A model generated the notes under the pieces. The model was not told the origin of the DNA and ran no database searches. It saw only the letters and a program-made list of their open reading frames with translations. A stretch of 37,419 nucleotides of DNA from a virus (lineage: Duplodnaviria; Caudoviricetes), in the IMG/VR virus record IMGVR_UViG_3300015370_000006, positions 1 through 37,419 of that record; one strand, 5' to 3'. Numbering within the stretch: the stretch's first letter is position 1; every line of letters begins with the position of its first letter. This document shows positions 16,334 to 26,192 of this stretch, piece after piece. Made by a program: the position numbers and the translations under genes.

Positions 16334-18451
16334 TTAGTCAATTTGGGTTAGGAATATCTCGTCATAATCTGTATATCCAGCCGCAGATGTTCTGAGCTTT
16401 AGGTTTGATTGTCCGCTTGCCACAAAAGTTTCATCAATATCCTGCCATTCTGTTGAGCTAGTACCTTGCCAAACAGTTGTTATATAGTTGATTATTGCCG
16501 GAGGAAGAGTTCCATCGCCCCTAGCTTTTCCAGTCAATCTATAAGTTTTTCCTACAACGAATGGTGTTTGAAAAGCGTAAGCGTTTGCCCCATTATATGT
16601 AACTCTTAAAAACTGATTGCCCCTATAAGGATCAGTTGTTTCTTTTGTTAATAGTGCATTGTTTGCACCCCAAGCATCTGTACCGCCCGTAATTTCTACA
16701 ACTGATACGTCATCAAACTCTGCATATGTCGTCCCTGCTGTACTGCCTTTTGTCATTCTGACGTAAGTAGCACTTGATTCAAATACTTCTTCAAAGTATT
16801 GCCAATCGGTTGAACTTGTACCAATCCAAATACTCTCAACTGAACCTTGTCCAATCGCTGGGTAAGCTGTGCCGTCGCCTTTAGCCCAACCTGAAACTAA
16901 ATATGTTCCCGTGTTTTCTATTGCACTTGGCTCTCTAGCCGCACCCCAACTGTCCGTCTTCTCAACCCTTAAAACTTGCGTTCCACTTCCACCAGTTCTA
17001 GCCCCTGCCTCTTTTGATAGAGTAGCACTATTGTCTGCCCCAAAAGAAGCAACACCTACCGCCTCCATATCACCATCTGCAAGTTCTTCACTCCCATACG
17101 TCTGCGGATCTTCCATATCGCCGTCTGCCAAAATCTGTTTCGTTCCGTCTTTTAGCTCGCCTTTATATTCGGTAATTTGAATATCGTCAAATTCTGTTGA
17201 GTATCCTGTGGTTGTGCCGGGGTATAAAGCAAAGCTAGTTCCTGTAAAATCTGCTACAAAATCAATAGGTTGCCATTCGGTTGAGGCTGTTCCTGACCAG
17301 TGATAACCTTGAATAGCGCAAGCCTCTGTGGTGATAGCAATTGTTGGTGTATTAGTTCCATCACCCTTTGCCCACCCTGTAACTCTGTATGTTCCTGCTG
17401 TGATTGTTTGATAAACGCAACCGCTTGAACCTGTCCTAGTGATTTTTATGTTTTGGTTGCCATCATATGGATTTGTTGAGTCTTTAACTACTAAAGAATT
17501 AAATGCGTTCCAATCATCTGTACCGCCCGTAATTTCTACAATTGATACGTCATCAAAATATACTGCCGAACTGCTTACTGCACTAACATTAAATAAATAA
17601 AATGCCGTACCAACAGACAAAGAGCTTACTTCAAAATACTGCCAATCGGTTGAGGCTGTACTGACGGCAACTCTACCCGTTGCTTTTTGTATGTATGCAA
17701 TGCCACTTGTACCATCGCCCCTAGCCCAGCCAGTAATTTTATATTTATGACCGTCAACATAACTACCCGATGATTTGTAGCCCCCTGCATAAGCTGTGCC
17801 CGTGCTCTCAATCTTTAAGCTTCGTGTTCCAGAATAAAACACCCCTGTATCTTTCGTTATTATTGCACCATTAACGGAATTATAACCAACCGCAATATCT
17901 TCCATATCACCATCTACTAAAATCTCCGCCCCGTAAGTCTGCGGATCTTCCATGTCGCCATCTGCAAGTAATTGCTTTTCTGCATTGAGTGTTTCGCCAA
18001 CGTATTCGGTGATGAAGATGTCATCTATACTACCATTAAAATCTGTACTTGGAATTATATAAATATAAGTGTTACCAGAACAAACCACATTTTCAGAAAA
18101 CACTCCGTTTGTTGTTCTCGTTATACCAACACCTGTTGAACCTATGTACATTTTAACAGAACCAGAAGTTTGATTACTAACTTTATATGTTATTTTGAAA
18201 GTTTCTCCTAATGTTAATTTAGGTGATGAGTCATGTGTTGAGGCTGTACTACCTGTTGAATGAACCAACTTTCCATCAGTAATATTCCAATTTGAACCTA
18301 AAGCCCATCCATTCGTACCATCCTCAAAATCACCATTTACAACCAACTGCTTTTCTCCCTGAACCATCGCTACTCCACCAAGCGCAACCGCAAAATTACC
18401 CAATGACAATATGGTTGTAAGTGCTAAAAATGCAATGAGTAGTTTTTTCAT
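16334..18451 (-). CDS. Signal peptide + five CBM4/9-like carbohydrate-binding repeats (receptor-binding candidate)
   Basis: Repeated NGDFE/DGDME..Y.vtGWAKGDG..STDWQ..FDDV motifs. Confidence 0.75.
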   Translation of the reverse strand: MKKLLIAFLALTTILSLGNFAVALGGVAMVQGEKQLVVNGDFEDGTNGWALGSNWNITDGKLVHSTGSTASTHDSSPKLTLGETFKITYKVSNQTSGSVKMYIGSTGVGITRTTNGVFSENVVCSGNTYIYIIPSTDFNGSIDDIFITEYVGETLNAEKQLLADGDMEDPQTYGAEILVDGDMEDIAVGYNSVNGAIITKDTGVFYSGTRSLKIESTGTAYAGGYKSSGSYVDGHKYKITGWARGDGTSGIAYIQKATGRVAVSTASTDWQYFEVSSLSVGTAFYLFNVSAVSSSAVYFDDVSIVEITGGTDDWNAFNSLVVKDSTNPYDGNQNIKITRTGSSGCVYQTITAGTYRVTGWAKGDGTNTPTIAITTEACAIQGYHWSGTASTEWQPIDFVADFTGTSFALYPGTTTGYSTEFDDIQITEYKGELKDGTKQILADGDMEDPQTYGSEELADGDMEAVGVASFGADNSATLSKEAGARTGGSGTQVLRVEKTDSWGAAREPSAIENTGTYLVSGWAKGDGTAYPAIGQGSVESIWIGTSSTDWQYFEEVFESSATYVRMTKGSTAGTTYAEFDDVSVVEITGGTDAWGANNALLTKETTDPYRGNQFLRVTYNGANAYAFQTPFVVGKTYRLTGKARGDGTLPPAIINYITTVWQGTSSTEWQDIDETFVASGQSNLKLRTSAAGYTDYDEIFLTQID

Positions 18452-18453
18452 AT

Positions 18454-19707
18454 TTAGTTGCAGAATGATGTGCTAGTAGGTGTTAGAGTTGGATATGTAC
18501 TTGATGTTGTAAATGTCAAAGCTCCGCAACCGTCTGTCGTTCCAATATACATATAGCTCGTAACATCACGCTTACCGAATTTTAGAGTGTCCGGGTACAT
18601 GTTGATTGATTGATTTTGAACATTTCCAGAGCCGTCATGCTCTCCGTACATCTTCATCATGTATTCACCGCCTAATTTTGCGATATAAGAACATTGTTCG
18701 CCTGCTGTTGTGCCTACGCACCCCATATCTGCCCAAGTTAAAAATGATGCCTCGTCTTGGTCTTCAAATGTAAATTGACCTGTTTGAATTGTACCCGGAA
18801 AAGCAACCGTATCAGTACCATCTACAATGCTCCAAAGCGTACCGTCTGTGCCACTTCCATCAACATTTGTGCTTGAAAAATTAAACTCTGTATCGGCTGA
18901 AACATAAGTACCCCAATAATCTAATCCCGAACCGTAGCCAATAACCTTATTGTCATTAGCTCTATTGCTTGAACCGTCCATAATTACATTACCGTCAACA
19001 CCCAGCGTCCCGCCTAGACTTGTATTACCACCAACATCTAGAGTACCCGATAAATCTACATCTGCACCGTGAAATGTTCCACTAGCGTAAACGTCTTTCC
19101 AGCCGCTTGTGACTGAACCAAGATTTTTGGTGTTATTAGTTATGGGTTGAACATCTGCCGTTAAAGTTACGCCATCAATTCTTACTGCTCCCGTAGTTTT
19201 AAGACCATAAGCACCAGCCGTACTATCCGAGATTGTTGTTACAACTCCACCGATATTTGTAATACTTGCGCCTACTGTTCCTGAATTGGTAACGATACTA
19301 CCAAACCTTGCCGTTCCGCTTGCGTAAACGTCTTTCCAAGATAATGCACCTGAACCTATATCATAAGTGTTATTTGCACTTGGCAAAATATCACCTGCTG
19401 ATACGCCTGTGATTGTTGCTGTTGTGGCTGTAAAAGTGCCTACCGTTAATGTATCAAACTCACCGCTAGATGAGGGGCTTAAAATAAGCCTGCCTGCAAC
19501 GTCTGTCGCAAGAGCTGAACCGTAACCATCACGCAAGGTTAGATCCGTTGTGGTCGCATTATAAATGCCGGGTAGATTCCCACTTGCCGGGGTTGCTCCA
19601 ATAACCGGGCTACTAATTAAAGCGCGGCTGATTAAAAATCCGCCAATGAGTGCAAGAAGCCCGAACCCTGCAAACAATATATCGCTATTGAACTTTGGTA
19701 TTTTCAT
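18454..19707 (-). CDS. TM-leader tail fibre-like protein
   Basis: Two P..NNT..lGS....WKDVYASGT fibre repeats; ends shared with two neighbouring genes. Confidence 0.7.
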   Translation of the reverse strand: MKIPKFNSDILFAGFGLLALIGGFLISRALISSPVIGATPASGNLPGIYNATTTDLTLRDGYGSALATDVAGRLILSPSSSGEFDTLTVGTFTATTATITGVSAGDILPSANNTYDIGSGALSWKDVYASGTARFGSIVTNSGTVGASITNIGGVVTTISDSTAGAYGLKTTGAVRIDGVTLTADVQPITNNTKNLGSVTSGWKDVYASGTFHGADVDLSGTLDVGGNTSLGGTLGVDGNVIMDGSSNRANDNKVIGYGSGLDYWGTYVSADTEFNFSSTNVDGSGTDGTLWSIVDGTDTVAFPGTIQTGQFTFEDQDEASFLTWADMGCVGTTAGEQCSYIAKLGGEYMMKMYGEHDGSGNVQNQSINMYPDTLKFGKRDVTSYMYIGTTDGCGALTFTTSSTYPTLTPTSTSFCN

Positions 19708-19708
19708 A

Positions 19709-19936
19709 TTATGGTGATGTTGAGGTTGTAATTAAACGGCCGTGTTGGTCTGTAGCCAATGCCGAACCGTACCCGTCGCGCAAGGTTAAATCAGAGGCGT
19801 TATATATGCCTATCAATCCCCCATTGGATGGTACAGCTCCCAGCATTTCCGGGCTGTTTTTAGTATTAAAGAATTGAAAAACTGACATTAGGGCAATGCC
19901 TGCGATCAATCCTATGGCGAGTTGTTTTATATTCAT
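19709..19936 (-). CDS. Small TM-leader protein, paralog of the N-terminus of 18454-19707
   Basis: GIYNA..DLTLRDGYGSALATD..GRLI is shared. Confidence 0.8.
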   Translation of the reverse strand: MNIKQLAIGLIAGIALMSVFQFFNTKNSPEMLGAVPSNGGLIGIYNASDLTLRDGYGSALATDQHGRLITTSTSP

Positions 19937-19988
19937 ATTTTTATCTCACCCTCTATAAAGAGGGTAAGGAAAAACACGAACTCTCAAA

Positions 19989-20411
19989 CTAATTGCAGAA
20001 TGATGTTGATGTTGGTGTTAGTGTTGGTGTCGTTCCACTTGCTGAAAATGTCATCGCGCCGCAACCATCGGTTGTGCCGAAATAAACATATCCAGTTGTG
20101 TTTGCTTCACCTTGTGAAAGATTGCCTGTTACGTTTGCCGTTGAGGCTGATAGCCCACGGGACGAACTGATAACCTCTGTACCACCTACTGCAATACCAG
20201 CGTCAAAAGTTTCTTGGATATTGTGAACGAGTCCGCCCAAAACTCCATCTGCTCCGGCGTCAATGCCGCTTAGATTAAGAGTTTCTACATTTTCGATCAC
20301 TACAGTTGGTGAAGTTAATGAGCCGGCAAATGCGCCGAAACGCACTAATGCCGCACCCATCAACAATACAACTACGAGGGAAATAGCAATTACTTTATTG
20401 TCTTTGTCCAT
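19989..20411 (-). CDS. TM-leader protein, paralog of the C-terminus of 18454-19707
   Basis: GTTDGCGA.TF......PTLTPTSTSFCN is shared. Confidence 0.8.
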   Translation of the reverse strand: MDKDNKVIAISLVVVLLMGAALVRFGAFAGSLTSPTVVIENVETLNLSGIDAGADGVLGGLVHNIQETFDAGIAVGGTEVISSSRGLSASTANVTGNLSQGEANTTGYVYFGTTDGCGAMTFSASGTTPTLTPTSTSFCN

Positions 20412-20447
20412 AATCGTTGTTGGTTAAGTGAATTATCCAATCAAAGA

Positions 20448-21644
20448 TTAGTAGCCGGACGAGTCAAGCTGAACGTCTAAGATTTCGTTTGTACCTTGAT
20501 TAAAGGTCTTAACGCCAAAGATTGTCATTGGCATGATATTCATACCGCGCTTTCCTGCAGAAACGGTAGAGGCCATTTCAACGTCCGGGTTAAGCTGAAT
20601 AACAAGGTCGATAGCTTTTTTAACACCTGCTAAACAATGTTGGGTTTCATTTGACCACAAATCTAAGGCCTCTGAACTAGCAACTGTTAGATAAGATTGA
20701 CCCTTGTGATAAACAGTAACGTAAGTCGCGCCATCAACTGCAACCATCTGTTGAACAGTCCTCAGATCTGCGCCGGTAAAGGCTACATGGTTTGCGGTTG
20801 AAGATGTTGGGTTGTTGATTAGATCAACCAAGTTATCAAGTGTTACGGCTGTTGAGGTTGTCTGTAAGACATTACCTGCGGTTGTGCCGATAACAGATTG
20901 AAATGTGAAAACAACGCCGGAGATTGTGATTGTTGCTTCATCTGCGGGATTATCTGCCGGTGTCCATACTGCTGACGCTGTGAGGTTGTTACTCATAAAG
21001 AGTTCTAAACCTCCGTAACGTCCCATGTTGCCAAATTCACCGGTTTTGTCACCCAATAGAGTTTCTTTACCTGCGATATAAGACCACAAAAAATCATAGA
21101 ATTGAGGTGAAAGAACCATGAAACGGTTTGCGCGTTCCATATCAACATTATTCTGATCTAACTTACGGTTGATTTTAGCAATAATGTTAGAAATATTGGA
21201 AACTGATACGGCTATCGGGTTTCCGGCTGTTCCGCCTAAGTCGCCGTCGTCAATTGTATCGCCCGCATTTGTAACTTCGTAAAGAAATTCTGCGTCGATT
21301 GCAACTGCCAAGCGTTCTGCGGCTTCTTCCGCCCAGAGTTTAGCGGCACTCCATTTATTCTGAATCTTATCAACGTCATCAACGTACATAAGAATTGTCT
21401 TTTGTTTGTTGATTTCTAGCTTATCTGTTGTTGCTGTTAAATCCTGTGCTGTTGCGGCTGTGCCTTTAGTGTAATTTTCTACAACTAAATCACTGCGGTA
21501 AGGACGGTCAACTTTAGTACCTATGCTTAATGTTGCTTGTTCCTCTGTGGAGGCCAAAGCCTTATAAACAACTTTCTTATAAAGTTTACGTCCCATGATT
21601 TTGCTCCAAAAAGTAGGAGACATTGGGGTAAGTGTATTGCTCAT
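20448..21644 (-). CDS. Major capsid protein (HK97 fold, P22-coat-like)
   Basis: PTFWS..; VDDVDKIQ; RFMVLSP; GRYGGLELFMSNNL; FGVKTF; follows the scaffold. Confidence 0.85.
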   Translation of the reverse strand: MSNTLTPMSPTFWSKIMGRKLYKKVVYKALASTEEQATLSIGTKVDRPYRSDLVVENYTKGTAATAQDLTATTDKLEINKQKTILMYVDDVDKIQNKWSAAKLWAEEAAERLAVAIDAEFLYEVTNAGDTIDDGDLGGTAGNPIAVSVSNISNIIAKINRKLDQNNVDMERANRFMVLSPQFYDFLWSYIAGKETLLGDKTGEFGNMGRYGGLELFMSNNLTASAVWTPADNPADEATITISGVVFTFQSVIGTTAGNVLQTTSTAVTLDNLVDLINNPTSSTANHVAFTGADLRTVQQMVAVDGATYVTVYHKGQSYLTVASSEALDLWSNETQHCLAGVKKAIDLVIQLNPDVEMASTVSAGKRGMNIMPMTIFGVKTFNQGTNEILDVQLDSSGY

Positions 21645-21678
21645 ATATTTGTTTAACAGATTTTAACCCCATGCTTTT

Positions 21679-22539
21679 TTATCTGCTCTTGCCATTTTTC
21701 GCTGACCATTGATCATACAAAACCATTTGTTCCTCACTCAATCCGGCAAATTGTTCCTCGGTCATACTAGAAAAATCTACTGCCTCGGTTCTACTGCCGC
21801 CTTGTGTGGGCGTTTCGGCTGATTTTTTCCCATCCTGTGGAGATGGATTATCGTGCATGTACTCCAATGCCAACGGGCGAAGTGGGGTATTTATATTATC
21901 TTCAGAAAACACAATCTGTTTTAATGCGTCTTTCTGATCTGCTAAGTGCGGAAATTCTGTAACGATTGCGGCAAATTCTTTTTCAAATCCTTTTTCTTGG
22001 TTTGTTTCATTTTCCGCTAACCTTGCGCGCTCTGTCATTTGCTCGAAGTTATCAAGTTTTTGCTTAATTTCATCCGGCAAGACGTTGCGCTTTGCGGCTA
22101 TATCCACAATTGACTTAACAAAGTCCGTGGTCAAATCCGCGTCCATGCCGTTGCGCTCTGCGAGTAGCTTTGCGGCCTCGGCAATATCGTCTTTATTATC
22201 CTCACTTGGCTTACTGTTGTTGAATTGCGCCTCTAGCTCCTTTATCCGTATCTCACGATCTGCGGCCAATTTCTCGGCCTCTTGTCGCTTATGGCGTTCT
22301 TCATTGTGCTTGCCTACTGGGACGTATTTAACCTCCCTGTTAGGTTTCGCCGGAGGTTCGGTGTCATCGGTTTTATCCTCTACCGCTTCCTCCGTTTTGA
22401 TTTCCTCGGTTTTCACCGGTTCTATCGGCTCGGCTGGCGTTTCGGCCGGCGTTGCTTTATTGCCGTTTTCTTCTGCGGCAATTTCTTCCAAGACTTCTTT
22501 TATTAAGGGGTCTTCGCTCCCTTGAATGTCATCTGACAT
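21679..22539 (-). CDS. Scaffolding protein
   Basis: Acidic N-terminus, YVPVGKHNEERHKRQ, coiled coil, DFSSMTEEQF tail; directly before the capsid gene; ATG 22539 preferred. Confidence 0.75.
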   Translation of the reverse strand: MSDDIQGSEDPLIKEVLEEIAAEENGNKATPAETPAEPIEPVKTEEIKTEEAVEDKTDDTEPPAKPNREVKYVPVGKHNEERHKRQEAEKLAADREIRIKELEAQFNNSKPSEDNKDDIAEAAKLLAERNGMDADLTTDFVKSIVDIAAKRNVLPDEIKQKLDNFEQMTERARLAENETNQEKGFEKEFAAIVTEFPHLADQKDALKQIVFSEDNINTPLRPLALEYMHDNPSPQDGKKSAETPTQGGSRTEAVDFSSMTEEQFAGLSEEQMVLYDQWSAKNGKSR

Positions 22540-22631
22540 AAAGTGATTATTTAATGCGAGGCTTCCCCGCATACCCTATTAAAAGCTAGGGATTACTTAG
22601 AAACGTGATATAGCCCACGTTTGGCGTATTG

Positions 22632-22738
22632 AAAAACCCCCTTATGGGGGTTATTCGTAAACATCTAATTCGGGTAAATCTCGCGGAAAAACCCTCATTA
22701 GAGGCCTACGAATAGCCCCCAAAGGTTGCGAGATTTGT
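22632..22738 (-). promoter_or_regulatory. Terminator/antiterminator-like structured RNA
   Basis: Long stem 22646-22720 is mutually exclusive with the AACCCCC-ATAA-GGGGGTT-TTT terminator; its loop is complementary to 22728-22736. Confidence 0.6.
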
Positions 22739-22751
22739 AAGTTGTAAGGTT

Positions 22752-22997
22752 CTATCTTGCGAATCCTCGAAGTTTCTTCATTCCGGCGTCTTCATTCTCA
22801 CATGAACAAAGCACACGGCCTAAAACATCCTTTACAACAAACACATCTTTTTCTGCATATAACGAAAAACGGCCTTTTGTGGTTAATAACTCTGAATGAC
22901 TAGCTGTTCTCTTTTCCGGCGTAGCTTCTGTTTTAGTTATAACCTCTTTTTCGGCTATTGGTTTTTTGACCTCTTGGGTCGTAGTCTTTTTTGACAT
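22752..22997 (-). CDS. Hypothetical protein
   Basis: ORF packed in the head operon. Confidence 0.7.
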   Translation of the reverse strand: MSKKTTTQEVKKPIAEKEVITKTEATPEKRTASHSELLTTKGRFSLYAEKDVFVVKDVLGRVLCSCENEDAGMKKLRGFAR

Positions 22998-22998
22998 A

Positions 22999-23349
22999 TC
23001 ATTTTTTCTTCTTTAATGACTTAGAAATATTAAATAACGCACCGTCAATAAATTGATAAAATTGGTTACCATGTTCTAGCGATAATTTCATTCCCTGCAT
23101 GATACCGCCTATGAATCTATCGATCTCCCTTTCAAAGATAGAATGTTTCAATACTCCCTTAACTACCTTATGATTTCTACCATCCTCTGATTTTATTTTA
23201 GCACTAACTTGCCTACCACGGTAAGACATGAACATTGTGTCATCTTTTGGGTCGCAAACTATTACTAAATATCCTCTATGGTTTCTAGCAAATTGCTGTA
23301 TGTTAAGCATTTTTCGCGTATAAAACAACGCTTTGATTTTATCTATCAT
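22999..23349 (-). CDS. Hypothetical protein
   Basis: ATGA overlap with the upstream gene. Confidence 0.75.
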   Translation of the reverse strand: MIDKIKALFYTRKMLNIQQFARNHRGYLVIVCDPKDDTMFMSYRGRQVSAKIKSEDGRNHKVVKGVLKHSIFEREIDRFIGGIMQGMKLSLEHGNQFYQFIDGALFNISKSLKKKK

Positions 23350-23681
23350 AGATTGTTGTTAATTTCTGTCGTTAAATCATTTAACTGTTTATCCACATCA
23401 AAAGAGTTAATAAAATTTTGGAATAATTCTCTACGGTCTAGTAGGTTAAGCCGTTCTAAAGGTTCTAAATCCCGCTTAAATAACAAGATCTCGTCAATTC
23501 CTGTGATACTCCCAGCGTACCCGGATATCATATTTTGGATAACATCCAATTTAGCTATTGCACTTTTGGCCTCTAGTTCCTCAATGCTCTTAGCCCATGC
23601 GTCAATCATCATCAACGAGGCCTCATCATATTCTCCACGATTGAGGTTTTGAAGTTTTTTTAAGACGTCTTGTGGTTTCAT
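23346..23681 (-). CDS. Hypothetical helical protein after the portal
   Basis: Position and tight packing. Confidence 0.75.
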   Translation of the reverse strand: MKPQDVLKKLQNLNRGEYDEASLMMIDAWAKSIEELEAKSAIAKLDVIQNMISGYAGSITGIDEILLFKRDLEPLERLNLLDRRELFQNFINSFDVDKQLNDLTTEINNNL

Positions 23682-23682
23682 A

Positions 23683-25632
23683 TTAAATTTGTGTCGGTGT
23701 CATCGGTTGTGCTGGCATTGGCGGCGCGCTTGGCTCTGGCATACCCGGAATTGCTCCCGGCATGGCTGGCATTGGTGCTTCTTCTGGTGTGCCTAATCCC
23801 TCTCTATTTCTAACCTGCATAGCTTTGCGGCTCATATTCTCCATAACCAATTTATCATGTGCTTTGGCGAAGTCCGTTAATTTAGTAAATAGCTCTAAGT
23901 CATCATCCGTGTTATCTGTCGCGAAGTCGAGTATCTTTTGTTGATATGCGGTTGTCGCGCCTCTGAATAACTTGGGTTCTTTGCCCTTGATAATTTCTTG
24001 GATAGCCTCACTTGCACGGGCTAGTACCTCCCTATTGCCGTCATTCTCTGTATCTAAGGCAACGCGTACATCTTCATCATCAAACATGCCGGCAAGTAGC
24101 AATTGCTCCGCTAACCAATTTTGATTGACACTCTTTTTAATCTCTGGGTCTGCTAATATCTGTGCGATTGCTCCCTGTCTACGTTCATTTTTAAGCTCTG
24201 ACATGCGTAATTCATTAGAACTAGACTCAACAAATATATCAACATCCGGGTTAATATCGCTTTTGCGTATCTCGTCCCATGTGACGCCACCCTCACCGAT
24301 CATTTTAACGGCCTGTGCTTTATTCAAGTGTTCGTAACATCCCCACACAAAACGTCTACCTATGGCCGCATGGCATTTGGCATAAGCCTTATTATATAAG
24401 CCTAAGCGGTCTGCTACTTGTTGCATGTTACCTTGATAGATACCAACCTTTTTGTCATCGGACGATCCCTGTGCGGCCGCCGTAACGCCGGATTTCTGGC
24501 CAATAATGCCATCTAACCAATCAACAAGGTTGATCGTTCCGTTAAGTTCTGGCGTCTGAAATTCGTATATACCGCTTGCGATTGCGCGGGTCTTAGTTTC
24601 TCCGGCTTTTACTGATACTAAACCATTTGGCCTATATTCAAGCTCTGCACCATTCGGAAACATATCCGGGTCATAAGCTCTCTGGCCAAAATTACGCTTC
24701 TGGCGATTGTCTAGCTCTTGATTTGCAAGGATTTTGATTACTTCGGCTACCGGTCTAATATCATCCGCCGGCGATTTGCTCCAAAAATTGAACGCGTCGC
24801 GATGTGTAGCCCATGAAGTCCACCACCAAAGTTTACTTTCAAATACCTTTTCTAAAGGTTCGGCGCGTACAGTTAATCCCGTGTTGTAGTCCCATAAAAC
24901 ATAATAGCGTTCACCCTCAAAAACTGTGCCGGATTCGATCAACCTAACCATCCCCTCACCCATGAAATTGTGCATACGACTAGTCAAGCCAATAGCTGAT
25001 AGCCTGTTTGCTTTATTCTGCTGGGTATTGTCATTATCTAAAATCGTATTCTCAACTAAACCATTTACCAATAACATTACGTTCTTTGAATTGTATAATC
25101 CGGCATTTGCTCCGGCTATTAGTTCGCTCTTGCTTTTGAATATATTATCTTCTCCACAATATCGTGCGTTCTCTAAATCTCCGCCGCCTAACGGATCTAC
25201 ATAAAAATCATAAGGGTCTGTGACGTGTAGGTTGAATTTGAACTTTGGGTCACTCTCCGCAAACGTCTTAAAGAGTGCCCGGCCATAGAATGAGGCTAGT
25301 TTCTTTCCGTCTAAGTCCTTTGAGTCAAAGTCATTATCCTCTGATTTGCTTACAACATCATAAAATGCTTGCAATTTCTTTGTTGGTCTAAAGTCCGCTT
25401 CTTCTACCGGGCGGAATTTAATAACCGGCGCGTCATCAATCTTTGATAGTAGGGTATCAATGAACCCCGACATGACGGGCATTGGGACGTTGAAACGTCC
25501 TTTAAGAGTCTTTTTCACTCTCCCGAAGTATTGATCTTCTGTTGCTTGCCAATCTTTAACCCGGCCTTGCTTATAATCAATTCCATTCTTATATTCTTGG
25601 CGTAGTTGTAAAACCAATTTGGTTGTATCCAT
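23683..25632 (-). CDS. Portal protein
   Basis: 649 aa between terminase and scaffold; DPYDFYVDP; Pro/Met-rich tail. Confidence 0.85.
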   Translation of the reverse strand: MDTTKLVLQLRQEYKNGIDYKQGRVKDWQATEDQYFGRVKKTLKGRFNVPMPVMSGFIDTLLSKIDDAPVIKFRPVEEADFRPTKKLQAFYDVVSKSEDNDFDSKDLDGKKLASFYGRALFKTFAESDPKFKFNLHVTDPYDFYVDPLGGGDLENARYCGEDNIFKSKSELIAGANAGLYNSKNVMLLVNGLVENTILDNDNTQQNKANRLSAIGLTSRMHNFMGEGMVRLIESGTVFEGERYYVLWDYNTGLTVRAEPLEKVFESKLWWWTSWATHRDAFNFWSKSPADDIRPVAEVIKILANQELDNRQKRNFGQRAYDPDMFPNGAELEYRPNGLVSVKAGETKTRAIASGIYEFQTPELNGTINLVDWLDGIIGQKSGVTAAAQGSSDDKKVGIYQGNMQQVADRLGLYNKAYAKCHAAIGRRFVWGCYEHLNKAQAVKMIGEGGVTWDEIRKSDINPDVDIFVESSSNELRMSELKNERRQGAIAQILADPEIKKSVNQNWLAEQLLLAGMFDDEDVRVALDTENDGNREVLARASEAIQEIIKGKEPKLFRGATTAYQQKILDFATDNTDDDLELFTKLTDFAKAHDKLVMENMSRKAMQVRNREGLGTPEEAPMPAMPGAIPGMPEPSAPPMPAQPMTPTQI

Positions 25633-25659
25633 AAAACATCTAGCGAGATTTGTTTATGG

Positions 25660-26172
25660 TTAAAAGTTTTTTGCTATTTCTTTTAGCTTCCCTTTTTTTT
25701 CACGCAATAGAATAAACTTGCCGGGTTCGCCCTCAACATTTGATATTGAATACTTGAAATAATCTTTCAAATGCGGAAAAGCCTCCATTAGTAGTCTATG
25801 CAGGCGGGGGGTTTTCTCCATTATAAACTGATCTCGCTGTTTAAGTAAGGCTTGTTGTTTATCCACAATCTGTTTTTTGCTTGGTATCATATGCGTTAAA
25901 TCATTTAATTTATTAGATATTACTTTAATCATCGTATCCCGTAAAATATCGCCGATAGCCTTTAAGTCGTTAGGTTCTGCTAAATCAAACACAATCTCAA
26001 CCCTTGCCGTCCCGGTTTCCGGCTCATAATCAAGGCGCATAGCTAAAGGCGGTTTTGGTATAGAACTATTGACGGCTTGCTTAATCTCCATCGCTTTATC
26101 TGCAAATGGTGTCAATTGCGGTAGACCCTCATTCATTGCTTGCTTTAGTTCGTCTGCGTTGTAGTCTTGCAT
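25660..26172 (-). CDS. Hypothetical protein
   Basis: ORF between terL and portal. Confidence 0.7.
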   Translation of the reverse strand: MQDYNADELKQAMNEGLPQLTPFADKAMEIKQAVNSSIPKPPLAMRLDYEPETGTARVEIVFDLAEPNDLKAIGDILRDTMIKVISNKLNDLTHMIPSKKQIVDKQQALLKQRDQFIMEKTPRLHRLLMEAFPHLKDYFKYSISNVEGEPGKFILLREKKGKLKEIAKNF

Positions 26173-26192
26173 ATCAATCTAAATAAATTACA

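Noticed and set aside
16334-20411. Repeats as DGR template/variable regions
   Set aside because: No reverse transcriptase; differences are not adenine-specific
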